Source: Candidatus Brocadiia bacterium
GTDB taxonomy: Bacteria > Planctomycetota > Brocadiia > CAIUPP01
Reading direction: 5' to 3'
NCBI GenBank assembly: GCA_050015075.1
Contig: JBEKCB010000025.1
Location: 1 to 64,000 of the forward strand
DNA: 64,000 bases
The notes beneath the pieces are model-generated. The model searched no databases. It had not been told where the DNA came from and saw only the letters and a list, made by a program, of their open reading frames with translations. The translations under genes were made by a program, and so were the position numbers. Position 1 is the stretch's first letter. Each line of letters opens with the position of its first letter. Below, piece after piece: positions 36,503-46,700 of the stretch.

Positions 36503-37534
36503 ATGGAAAATTCCGGGCTGTCCGCAGGGACTGGAATGCCGAACGGAAGCATGGCGAAGGGTTGGGCATCGCCGGAGCGCCCGAAATGGACGTTCCTCGA
36601 AGTCGGCATCGGGGTCGGGCTGGTGATGGCCTTAGCTGCCTTTGCGTCCGTCCGCTGGAAATGGGTCGTGGCGGCGCCCGCCCTGACCTGGATTATCGCG
36701 GCGGTCGTTACTCACGCGTTTTTGCTTGCTTATCCGCTCGCCCTTGCGAAACGCCGCAGATTTACAGCCATATATGCCTGGCCCGGCTGGAGGAAAGTGC
36801 TGGTTGAGGCCGGCCTCTCGATCCCCATCGTCATCGGCATGCTGATCCTGCTCTGCGTCGCCACGTACTTGATCAGGCTTGCTTCGCCGGACACGTCGCT
36901 TACTACGGTATGGCAGCGTGCAGCTTCGGCTCCAATCACCTGGCAAATGGTTCTCATCTTGCTGATTGCCTTCACGCTTGGGCCGGTTACCGAAGAGATC
37001 TTTTTTCGCGGCTTCCTGCAGAACGCTTTGCGTTCGCGCCTGGCCGTGGTTCCGGCGACATTGCTTCAGGGGGCGATTTTCGCGCTCCTTCACATAGGTT
37101 ACGGCCTGATGTATATGGTCGCTGTTTTCTTCATCGGCTTGATACTCACGGCCGTCTACGAGTGGCGAAAATCGCTTCTGACCCCGGTATTCGTTCATAC
37201 GGGCTGGAACATGCTTTTCGCCGTCGGCATTTTTGTAATGATGATTGTCAACGCGAACAGCCCGCTGCTTGGAGTCGCCATGCAGGAGAGCTCAGACCGC
37301 TGCCTGGTCACCCAGGTCATTCCTGAATCGGCGGCCGAAAAAGCCGGTCTCCGCCAAGGCGATGTAATAACGCAGCTTGGCAAGTATTCCGTCCGCAACT
37401 CTGAGGAACTGCTACAAGCGGTTCGTCTTTACCGGGTTGGAGACGCCGTCACCGTTGGGATCACCCGCAACGGAACTCCCATGGAATTGCAGGCAGTCCT
37501 GCAGAAGCGGTCGCAGGCAAGGCCGGTCCCGTAA
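36503..37534 (+). CDS. CPBP (Abi/CAAX) intramembrane protease with a PDZ domain
   Basis: EEIFFRG, FALLH, H..WN; PDZ V.PESAAEKAGL..GDVI; start uncertain. Confidence 0.88.
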   Translation: MENSGLSAGTGMPNGSMAKGWASPERPKWTFLEVGIGVGLVMALAAFASVRWKWVVAAPALTWIIAAVVTHAFLLAYPLALAKRRRFTAIYAWPGWRKVLVEAGLSIPIVIGMLILLCVATYLIRLASPDTSLTTVWQRAASAPITWQMVLILLIAFTLGPVTEEIFFRGFLQNALRSRLAVVPATLLQGAIFALLHIGYGLMYMVAVFFIGLILTAVYEWRKSLLTPVFVHTGWNMLFAVGIFVMMIVNANSPLLGVAMQESSDRCLVTQVIPESAAEKAGLRQGDVITQLGKYSVRNSEELLQAVRLYRVGDAVTVGITRNGTPMELQAVLQKRSQARPVP

Positions 37535-37611
37535 CAATGCCGCCGCAGATGGTCGGCCGTGCACAATACCGGTTCTTTCTTGACGCTGGTGCGGAGCCGT
37601 GGTACGGTTCG

Positions 37612-37812
37612 CGCACGGGAAGAATCGCCAGAGTAGTCGTGCCGGCCTGCGCGTATCACATAACGCAACGGGGAGACCGTGCAGATCCGCGGTGTTTATC
37701 TCACGGCAGGAGCGGCGGACGGGACGGCGGCTCGTGCCGAGCAGCGGTGGCCGGCCGCGCAAAGACGGCGCTGGCGCACGAAAAGGAGGAAAATAACTGG
37801 TATTGTGTCCTC
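37612..37812 (+). pseudogene. Internally deleted REP-associated tyrosine transposase (RAYT) remnant
   Basis: RIARVVVP.CAYHITQRG (N-terminus) joined to GRRL.P..GGRPRK (C-terminus-like), followed by AATAACTGGTATTGTGTCC. Confidence 0.6.
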
Positions 37813-37870
37813 ACTTTCCCTTGAAGTGGCGGCGTGGCTTGGGCTAGTTGCTTAAGACGATTGGGTACCA

Positions 37871-38347
37871 ATGATGAGCAGGACGCGAATGAGGCCAAGA
37901 CCCGGAGATGTCTTTGAACTCGCAACCTCGAAAGGGTACGCATACATCCAATGTTGTCTTAAGCATCCTCGATACACGTATCTGATCAGGATCCTTCCGG
38001 GCATGTACGAGACGCAACCTTCCTCATTAAAGGACCTGGCCACTCGGAGGGAAGCGTTCTTCGTATTTTTTCCCTTGGGTGCTGCCGCACGCCGTGGTAT
38101 AGTGCGCTGGGTAACAAATGAAGCCCTTCCTAAGTGGGCGCAGAAACAACCTCTGATGCGGCTTGAGGGCGGAAGTGCCCCTGGAGGGAAGGTTCTGAAT
38201 TGGCGGCTATGGGATGGCGGGACGAAGGAAACGCTCGTTCAGAAGCTCACTGATGATCAAAAGAAGGTGTCCATTGCTGAAATATGGAACGACACATTAT
38301 TGATTGAGCGGATATGTCAGGGGTGGAAGCCAGAAGTCGATGTGTGA
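37871..38347 (+). CDS. Imm26-like immunity protein
   Basis: RPGDVFEL.TSKGYAY.Q...; lower GC; no cognate toxin seen. Confidence 0.6.
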   Translation: MMSRTRMRPRPGDVFELATSKGYAYIQCCLKHPRYTYLIRILPGMYETQPSSLKDLATRREAFFVFFPLGAAARRGIVRWVTNEALPKWAQKQPLMRLEGGSAPGGKVLNWRLWDGGTKETLVQKLTDDQKKVSIAEIWNDTLLIERICQGWKPEVDV

Positions 38348-38644
38348 GAGCAAATCGCAAATGTAGATTCGCTGGGGATTCGCTGGGGACAGAATACCAG
38401 TTATTTCCTTCCTTAATAATTGCCGCAACGTCTGCAGGATTCCCATGCCGGCCCGGAGCGCGAGGGCGACGCATGGGCGCGCCGTTTTCCAAAACAACGC
38501 GCTGAAGCCGGCCACGGCCTTGTCGCCGCAGTGCGGACGGCCGGAATTGAGGCCTTCGTCCGCCGTGCGACCTCTCCTTGACAAGCGGGATTCGGACGGT
38601 CAGAATGCGGCATCGGTTGGCTGCCCTTGAAATGGAGGAACATC

Positions 38645-40261
38645 ATGCTCGCAAAGATTTTGGCGCTCGGTCTCTCTGCCGCGGCGGTCGCGGGGCTGGC
38701 GACTCCCTGTTGGAGCCAGGAAAAGACGGTCGTGATCTACACCCGGGACAATGCGCCGGCGGCGCCGAAGCTCGATGAGCTGCCGTTGAAGGACAGCGTG
38801 TCGCAGTACGGCATGACCTGGACGTTCGACAAGCCGGCGCGGGTCGGGCAGTTCGTCAACGGCGACTTCTACGTCGTCGGGCCGGTGACGATCACCGCGA
38901 TCACGCCCAAGCCGCTTTACGGCGCGGAAATCCCCGCCGCTCAACTGGACGCACAGGATAAGCGCCAGGCGGAGAAGGACCGCGTCCGCAACGGCTTCAT
39001 GCTCAATCCGCCGGCCGCTCGAGAAGTCTCGTACGACAGCGGCGTCAAAAACTGGTTTCGCCCGTCGCTGATCCAGAAGCTCCCGGTCTCCATGAAGCCG
39101 GGCGATTCCCTCGTCTCGACGATCAGCATGACGCTGGGAGTGGTCCTGCAGGCGCCGCTTCAGATGAATAGCGCCGAGACGGAATCCCGCGGCGTGGAGG
39201 ACGCCAGTCCGGTCAAGGACGCCGCCGTGCTGACCTGCGTAGCCGAGCCGCAACCGCCCGATGCGTTCCGCCCGGCGTTCTGCGACCGCACTCACAAAAT
39301 CTACCTGGCGCGCAATCTGAAGCGCGAGCTGCTGCCCGCCGTCGCGGCGCCCGGCGACACGCCCAAACTCCAGCAATACATCGGCTGGACGCGGCGCCCG
39401 TGGGTCAACACCGGCTTCTTCGGCTTCGAGGAACCGGCCGACAACATGCCGTGGTACGGCCGCGAGGTCGGCCGCGTCGTCGGCAACGCGGCGCTGCTGC
39501 TGTGCTCCAACTTCACGCCGCAGGAAAAGGAACCGCTCCTCGACGATTTCGTCCAGGTGGGCATAGACCTGGGCGGCATGGTCCGCTCCGGACATCCCGG
39601 CTGGTACTGCTTCGGCGGCCACGGCAGCGGCCGCAAGCTGCCGATCGTCTTCGCAGGACTGCTCCTGGGCGACGAGGAACTTGCCCGCGTCAACAAGTCC
39701 TTCCCCAAAGCCTGTTTCGGCGAAGATGAGCAGACCGCCTACGGCGATTCCTGGACCGGGGCCAAGGTCGTCTTCACCGGCCACTCCGGGATAGATGGCC
39801 TCACCGGGATCGGCCGCGACTACGCTCGAGGGCCTAACGCGTGGGGTCCCTACGAACACACGCCGCCAACCACGTGGGGCCCGGGCCAGAAAACCAGCGA
39901 AAGCTACCGCCGCGGCAGCACCAGCGTCGGCTGGGTGGCGCAGGCGCTGGCCCTCCGCCTGCTGCACGCCGAAAAAGTCTGGGACCACGACGCGTTCTTC
40001 GATTACGTTGACCGCTGGATGTACGAAAAGGACGACGGCTTCCGGCAGGCGATCAAGGCCGGCGCCGGTGTTGACTATCCCAGGATGGAGTGGTGCTGGC
40101 AAGGCCAATGCCCGGAACAGTTCGTCAACGAGATGTGGGCCAAATACCGCGTCGGCCCCGGCATGCCGCCGACCGACGGATGGAAACAGCAGCACGACGA
40201 GAGCTACTACAAGAACGCCATCGCCAAAGAACTCAAAGGACCCGCGCAGAACGAGAGATAG
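38645..40261 (+). CDS. Secreted protein of unknown function, paralog 2
   Basis: GGAGG RBS; paralog of 28811-30409. Confidence 0.9.
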   Translation: MLAKILALGLSAAAVAGLATPCWSQEKTVVIYTRDNAPAAPKLDELPLKDSVSQYGMTWTFDKPARVGQFVNGDFYVVGPVTITAITPKPLYGAEIPAAQLDAQDKRQAEKDRVRNGFMLNPPAAREVSYDSGVKNWFRPSLIQKLPVSMKPGDSLVSTISMTLGVVLQAPLQMNSAETESRGVEDASPVKDAAVLTCVAEPQPPDAFRPAFCDRTHKIYLARNLKRELLPAVAAPGDTPKLQQYIGWTRRPWVNTGFFGFEEPADNMPWYGREVGRVVGNAALLLCSNFTPQEKEPLLDDFVQVGIDLGGMVRSGHPGWYCFGGHGSGRKLPIVFAGLLLGDEELARVNKSFPKACFGEDEQTAYGDSWTGAKVVFTGHSGIDGLTGIGRDYARGPNAWGPYEHTPPTTWGPGQKTSESYRRGSTSVGWVAQALALRLLHAEKVWDHDAFFDYVDRWMYEKDDGFRQAIKAGAGVDYPRMEWCWQGQCPEQFVNEMWAKYRVGPGMPPTDGWKQQHDESYYKNAIAKELKGPAQNER

Positions 40262-40264
40262 CCT

Positions 40265-40741
40265 GTGACGATAATGGCGGAACTCATCCTGGTAAACCTG
40301 ATCACAATAATAGTGATCGGGGCCGCGATGATTGCTGCCTGCCGTTCGATCTGCCGAGTCGCTCGCTGGATAAGTATGCCGAGCGCGCTCGTGGGGCTCC
40401 ACGTGGTGGTTGTCGTCGCCACAATCATTCCTTCACTCTTCGGCGTGGGCGGCGTCCCGTTTGAGCCGCTGTACATCCCCTTCTTACTCTATCCTGGAGT
40501 GCTACTGGACTTTGCGAATGGACGCTTCGCCTATCTTTTCTGGCCATGGTTGCAAGACAAGGTTGGCTTTCACCAAGCATGTTACCTGACCATCGTCGGA
40601 ATTCCGGCTTCGTTGACACTCCTCGCCGGCGCTGCAGCCTGGATGCTCGTTGCACGATTGCTCCAGCGGAGGCTGAAGAAGCCATCAGCCGACCAAGCAC
40701 CGCACAGTATGATTCCCGGCGCGCCTGAGAATGGAGGATAG
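40265..40741 (+). CDS. Hypothetical membrane protein
   Basis: Three to four hydrophobic segments. Confidence 0.6.
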   Translation: MTIMAELILVNLITIIVIGAAMIAACRSICRVARWISMPSALVGLHVVVVVATIIPSLFGVGGVPFEPLYIPFLLYPGVLLDFANGRFAYLFWPWLQDKVGFHQACYLTIVGIPASLTLLAGAAAWMLVARLLQRRLKKPSADQAPHSMIPGAPENGG

Positions 40742-40974
40742 CGGGGCTGTTGGACAAGCCGGCGGGGAAGAGCCCGCTCCTCGCGCGTCTCCGCTGCGTC
40801 ATTCCCGCGTTCGCGGGAATGACAGAGAGGCTTTTTCAACAGCACCCATCTTTCGCCGCGCGACTTTTCCTTGACAAGCGGGATTCGGAGGGTCAGAATT
40901 CGATACTTGATGGCTGATTGTCATGCGAGCGGCCATCCGGGAAATGCCGGATTACCCGTTCAAGCGGGCGGCTC

Positions 40975-43674
40975 ATGTCTCGAAGAATGCTCGTCCTCCT
41001 CTGCACGCTGGTCCTGATCGGCTGCGCCGCGTGCTCGACTCCCGCCGGCAAAGGCGGCGCGCAGGACGGGCCGGCGCCGGCCGACAACGCTTCCACCCCG
41101 CCTGAAAAGCACGTTGAGATCACCGACAGAGTCGCCCTGGCGCCGCTCCTTGACTACACGCGCCAGTCCGACGGCGCGCAGCGGACGGAGATTCTCTACG
41201 GCGCCTTCGCCTATCACACTTCCGCCTCCGGCGAGACCGGCGGGAATCTCTTCCCGGTGTTCTGGGGCCGCGACTACTTTGACGTCTTCCCGCTCCTGTG
41301 GCATTGGGGCGGGAACACCGTCGTGTTCCCCGTGGTCTGGGTGATGGATTCCGGGCGCGTCATCGGGCCACTGATGTGGGGCGACGGCTACCTGTACGTC
41401 GTTCCGCTCTACTGGCGCTGGGACGGCAATCAACTGCTCTTCCCCATCGCATGGAAGATCGGCGACGATAAGGGGATCGGGCCGGTCTGGTGGGGCAAGG
41501 AATATTTCGACGTGTTTCCTCTCTATTGGAGCGTGGGCGGCAACAGGTTGCTTTTCCCGCTCGCCTGGGACACGGAGCGGGGCAACAAGGCCATCCTGCC
41601 GGTGCTCTGGGGCGAGAACTATTTCCACGTGGTCCCGATTTACTGGAGTTGGGACGGCAACCAGGTCCTGTTCCCAATCGCGTGGAAAATCGGCGGCGGC
41701 AAGGGCGTCGGCCCGGTGTGGTGGGGCGAGGATTACTTCCACGTTTTCCCGGTTTGCTGGAACTGGGACGATAACCATCTGCTGCTCCCGCTCGCCTGGA
41801 AGATCGGCGACAGCAAAGGGATCGGGCCGGTCTGGTGGGGAAACGGTTACTTTGACGTGTTCCCCCTCTACTGGCGCTGGGGCGACAACCAGTTGCTGCT
41901 CCCGCTCGGCTGGGACATCGGCGACAGCAAAGGGATCGGGCCGGTCTGGTGGGGCAAGAGTTACTTTGACGTGTTCCCTCTTTACTGGCGCTGGGGCGAT
42001 AACCAGTTGCTGCTCCCGCTCGGCTGGGACATCGGCCACAGCAAAGGGATCGGGCCGGTCTGGTGGGGCAAGGGCTACTTCGACGTGTTCCCTCTCTACT
42101 GGCGCTTGGGCGAGAATCAGTTGCTTATCCCGCTCGCCTGGGACATCGGCGGCAGCAAGGCCATCTTGCCGGCGTTCTGGGGCGAGGGGTATTTCCACGT
42201 GCTCCCGCTCTACTGGAGCTGGGGCGGCGACAGAGTCCTCTTCCCGATCGGCTGGAAGCTCGGCGACGACAAAGGAATCGGGCCGGTCTGGTGGGGCAAA
42301 GACTACTTCCACGTTTTCCCGGTTTACTGGAACTGGGACGGCAACCGTCTGCTCTTCCCGATCGCGTGGAAGATCGGCGATAACAAGGGCGTGGGGCCGG
42401 TCTGGTGGAGCGAAGATCATTTTTACGTCTTCCCCATTTACTGGCGCTGGGGTGAGAACCAGGCGCTTTTCCCGCTCGCCTGGGACATCGGGGGCGACAA
42501 GGCCATCCTGCCGGTGTTCTGGGGCGAAGGCTATTTCCACGTCGCCCCGCTTTACTGGAGCTGGGGGAGCAACAGTATCCTCTTCCCGATCGGCTGGAAG
42601 ATCGGGGACGACAAAGGCGTCGGCCCAGTCTGGTGGGGCAAGAATTACTTCGACGTGTTTCCGCTCTACTGGAAATGGAAGCAGAACCAATTGCTCCTGC
42701 CCATCGCATGGAAGATCGGCGACGACAAGGGCGTCGGTCCGGTCTGGTGGGGTAAGGATTACTTCGACGTGTTTCCGCTTTACTGGAAATGGAACCACAA
42801 CCAACTGCTCCTGCCCGCCGCCTGGAAGATCGGCGACAGCAAAGGGATCGGTCCGGTCTGGTGGGGCAAGGATTATTTTGACGTGTTCCCGCTTTACTGG
42901 AAATGGAGGCAGAACCAATTGCTCCTGCCCATCGCATGGAAGATCGGCGAGGACAAGGGCGTCGGTCCGGTCTGGTGGGGCAAGGATTACTTCGACGTGT
43001 TCCCGCTTTACTGGAAATGGAAGCAGAACCAATTGCTCCTGCCCATCGCATGGAAGATCGGCGACAGCAAAGGGATCGGTCCGGTCTGGTGGGGCAAGGA
43101 TTACTTCGACGTGTTCCCGCTTTACTGGCACTGGCGGGATAACCATCTGCTGCTGCCCATCGGCTGGAGCATCAACGGCAACAAAGGGATCGGCCCGGTC
43201 TGGTGGGGCAAGGACTACGTCAACGTCTTCCCCCTTTACTGGAAGTCGGGAAACGATCAGGCCCTCTTTCCGCTCGCGTGGAACGTTTCGGGGAACAAGG
43301 GCATCGGCCCGGTCTGGTGGGGCCGGAACTACTTTCACGTGTTCCCGCTCTACTGGCAATGGAACGACAAGAAACTCATCCTTCCGTTCATCTACGAGCA
43401 GGCCGGGAAAGACAGCTACGACTTCCGTTTTCTCTGGCGGTTGGTGCACTATCAGCGCGACGCCGACGGGCGGCTGTTCGAGCTTCAGCCGCTGATGACC
43501 TCCGAACGCACGGAGACAACCCGGCGCTTTTCCGTCCTAGGGATCGGTTGGGAGAAAACCCCGTCCGGCCGCGCGCTGACGATCCTCTGGTGGAAAATCC
43601 CCCTCGGTGGCGCGAGCCAGGACCCGCCGAAGAAGCCGGTGACGCTGATGAGCAATCCCGCCTCCGGCGGGTGA
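40975..43674 (+). CDS. Trp-rich lipoprotein with about 19 x 38-aa tandem repeats
   Basis: Lipobox-like GCAAC; unit DKGIGPVWWGKDYFDVFPLYWKWKQNQLLLPIAWKIGD; 114-bp DNA period. Confidence 0.9.
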   Translation: MSRRMLVLLCTLVLIGCAACSTPAGKGGAQDGPAPADNASTPPEKHVEITDRVALAPLLDYTRQSDGAQRTEILYGAFAYHTSASGETGGNLFPVFWGRDYFDVFPLLWHWGGNTVVFPVVWVMDSGRVIGPLMWGDGYLYVVPLYWRWDGNQLLFPIAWKIGDDKGIGPVWWGKEYFDVFPLYWSVGGNRLLFPLAWDTERGNKAILPVLWGENYFHVVPIYWSWDGNQVLFPIAWKIGGGKGVGPVWWGEDYFHVFPVCWNWDDNHLLLPLAWKIGDSKGIGPVWWGNGYFDVFPLYWRWGDNQLLLPLGWDIGDSKGIGPVWWGKSYFDVFPLYWRWGDNQLLLPLGWDIGHSKGIGPVWWGKGYFDVFPLYWRLGENQLLIPLAWDIGGSKAILPAFWGEGYFHVLPLYWSWGGDRVLFPIGWKLGDDKGIGPVWWGKDYFHVFPVYWNWDGNRLLFPIAWKIGDNKGVGPVWWSEDHFYVFPIYWRWGENQALFPLAWDIGGDKAILPVFWGEGYFHVAPLYWSWGSNSILFPIGWKIGDDKGVGPVWWGKNYFDVFPLYWKWKQNQLLLPIAWKIGDDKGVGPVWWGKDYFDVFPLYWKWNHNQLLLPAAWKIGDSKGIGPVWWGKDYFDVFPLYWKWRQNQLLLPIAWKIGEDKGVGPVWWGKDYFDVFPLYWKWKQNQLLLPIAWKIGDSKGIGPVWWGKDYFDVFPLYWHWRDNHLLLPIGWSINGNKGIGPVWWGKDYVNVFPLYWKSGNDQALFPLAWNVSGNKGIGPVWWGRNYFHVFPLYWQWNDKKLILPFIYEQAGKDSYDFRFLWRLVHYQRDADGRLFELQPLMTSERTETTRRFSVLGIGWEKTPSGRALTILWWKIPLGGASQDPPKKPVTLMSNPASGG

Positions 43675-43714
43675 AGTCATTCATGACCGCCGCGCCGGCG
43701 CAACCTTTTTGCGC

Positions 43715-46700
43715 TCACCGGAGATCCCCGGTGTGGGGCGCTTGCGGGCTGGCCGGAGTCCCCTTCGCCTTTTCCGCCGGCGGAGCCTCCATGGGGTTTT
43801 CGGGCACTGCGTTCACATCCGATACCGTCGCTGTAACGCTGACTCCTGCCGCGTCGAAAGACTCGGCCAGGTGGTCCAGAATCCAGGCCTTTCCGCCCAA
43901 CGTGGTGAACCTCATGTCGAATTCCGCGACTCCGTGGGTGTCTGGATAGCTCGGCGGCAGAGAGACCGTAACGTGCGTCGGCGCTCTTCCTCCATCGGGG
44001 AGCGCCTCCCAATCACCGTATTCGATAACGAATTCGCACCGGCCCTCAAGAAATCCTTCCTCTCGAAGCACGTCGCCGGTTTCCTTGTCAATCCAAACCT
44101 GATCAAGATCCGCATGGCTGTCCCTGAATCCATACCAACGATCCCAGATTCCGCAGGCTACGCGCATCGGCAAAGTCAATTTCGGCCCGGGATTCCTGGC
44201 CTTGAGCTCACGGTAGTATGCTTCGTTCATCATCCGCTCGCCTTCCCCCAGAAACAAATCCGGCGTGCCGTTTTCTCCGCCGGCCCAGTAGTTTAGGACT
44301 GTGATTGAGCTCTTGCCGGTAAACTTTAGATTATACTCCCGGACGATGACGGGGCGAGTCTCGCCGTGCAAATCGCGCATGCTTAAACTGATGATCTCCT
44401 CACCCCATTCGATGCGCGCGGGATTCGCACGCTGAGCGGCCAGGAGTGCCTTCCAGCTTGGCCCTTCCTCGCGGAGGCACTTCAGCCCGATTACAGTTCG
44501 TTTCACTCCCCCGATCTCCTGCTCGGCCGGGAAAAACTCGTATTCATACTTGGCCCCTGTGGCCGCCGCCCTCAGACCTGCGTCCCACTGCTGGATTGCT
44601 TTTTCGCTGGGCCGGCCGATGGGCTTGATGTGCAGCACGAACGCCTCCCTGCCGGAGGCCGCCTCTTCGCCGATCATGGAGACGCCATAACGCTGAGGGG
44701 CTGCCTGAAATTCCTCCAGGGGCGAGACGAAGGTCACGCCTTGAACAATAGTGCGCAGCCCGATCGGGTAGGGAGTGTTGCGCGGGTCGTAAGTGTCGTC
44801 CGCCTTGCCGCTGTAGATCTTCTCTTTGGGGAAAGCTATGGTGAGGTCGTTCGGCGCGGTGTACGCCACTTCGGCCTCCCATGTGTTGTCCTTGCCCGTA
44901 TGCGCCATTGAAAACGTATACGCTAGGCTCCTCAACGGCGGCCTGAGCCACGGGCTGTTCTCTTTCAGCATCTTTGAGATCAGTTCCTGCGACGCGGGTT
45001 GTCCGGGCCCCTGCTTCAGAATTGCGTCTAACCCGATCGTTTTCGCTTCCTTCGTCCCTGTGAGGTTACTGCCGCCTTCCGCCGGCTTTTCCGTTGACGC
45101 CGGCGGGGAACTGCTCGGCAGCGGTGAAGCGCTCTGAGGCTTTCCCATTGTGCTGCGCAGTTCGAGGTTGGAGGCTATGTCCGAAAGAAAGACATAGTCC
45201 GGCCCCTTCCAATAATATGGTCCTCTACGCAACGCCTCCGGGGTTTCATCGCTGACGCCGCCGTGGTCCACGTTGTCCTCTCCAACGCTCCAAACCTTCC
45301 AGCCGGTCTCCGTCCGCGCATAGCGCATCGGCTCGCCGGAGAAGGGGTCAATCCGCCTCGAGGGCAGGATGCCGGGACAGAGCAAGTCAAGGCTGTCGGG
45401 CGGCGCGCCATGGGCCTTTTGATAAAGTGCAATCGCGGCCCGAATCTCCGTCGCGCGCAGACGCACGTCCAGTCTGCCGAGTTCGCCGAAAGCCCGAACA
45501 ATGGGCCGAAATATGGGATCGGGAACCGCGCCAGGCTCTTTCGTCCCAATCTCCACGATCTCCTTTGCCGTGTTCTGCTGGAGCAGTTCCGCAAGAGTTT
45601 TCTTCTCGATGATCCGGGACAATGCGGCGCGCTGCTTGCGCCACTGGTCGTAGATGATGGCATTGCCCGCCGGATTCTTCTCCAGCGACATCAAGACTTC
45701 ACCGTAAGCGACCTCCGTCGCCCAACACGTCGCCGGTTCGTCCGGACGGACCTCAGCCTCGCGGCACTGGCGGATAACCGTTCGCAAAGCCGCCTCGTCG
45801 AGTCCGCCGTTCGCGACCAACGCGTCCATGTTTCTCTGGCCGATCGCCATGATGGCCATGGCGACGAGTTCCTGGATCAGTGGGCCGTGCTGCCGCAGCG
45901 CTGTTCCCAGTTGCAGGCACTCTGCGTACGTCCTCGCCGCGTCGTCGGGCCTTCCTTGCAGTTCCGCCAGAAAGCCGGCGTCCGCGCAGGTCCGGGCCAG
46001 GTTCCTCACCGCGGCGAGGAACTCGACGTCGGCTACGGGCTGTCCCTCCTTCTTCGAGATAAGGAAGATGGGACGATAGACTTTCTGCTTGAGCCCTTCT
46101 CGCATGAGTTTGAACGCGGGCTGATTCAACTCCACCCACTTTTCGAACGCCGCGACGTTGCCGGTATATGGCTCGATTCCCCTCAATGACCCGGCCGGCC
46201 TTTCCTCAAAGGGCGCGACTGCCTTCGCGGCCTTCGCAAAGTAATACGCCGCATTCTGCTCCGCCGGGACGTCCGGCCAAAGAGCGCCGAATTTTCTGAT
46301 CTCCTCCGGCGTCGGCGCGCGCAGCGCGTCGTCGGTCGCCGGCACCTCATGCAGGCGGGAATACTCATCGAGCGGCGTTACTATCTCGCTGCCATTCGCC
46401 GCCGGCGCTTCCGCCTTCTGCTCGCCGCCGGCCTTCGACGCGCCCAGGGCGACGACGCACGCCAGCAAGGCGGCGATCAGCACCGTCCCGCCCACCCACA
46501 CGGATGCGCGGCGGTCTCGGCGCGCGTCCGCCGACAGAAGCCGCCGTATTCGCCCAAGCAGTTGCCCGCCTGCGGCCGGGACAAGTCTCGGAGCGGCGAC
46601 GCTCATCTCGGCGAGCCGGGCCAGCGCGCGGGCGTAGAGGGCGGGATCGCCGCAGGCGGAGACGGCCAGGTCGTCGCAACAATGCTCGCGCTCGACGCGC

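Noticed and set aside
41240-43400. 114-bp periodic DNA as a CRISPR array or DGR template
   Set aside because: It is an in-frame protein repeat with synonymous variation; there are no unique spacers and no reverse transcriptase.
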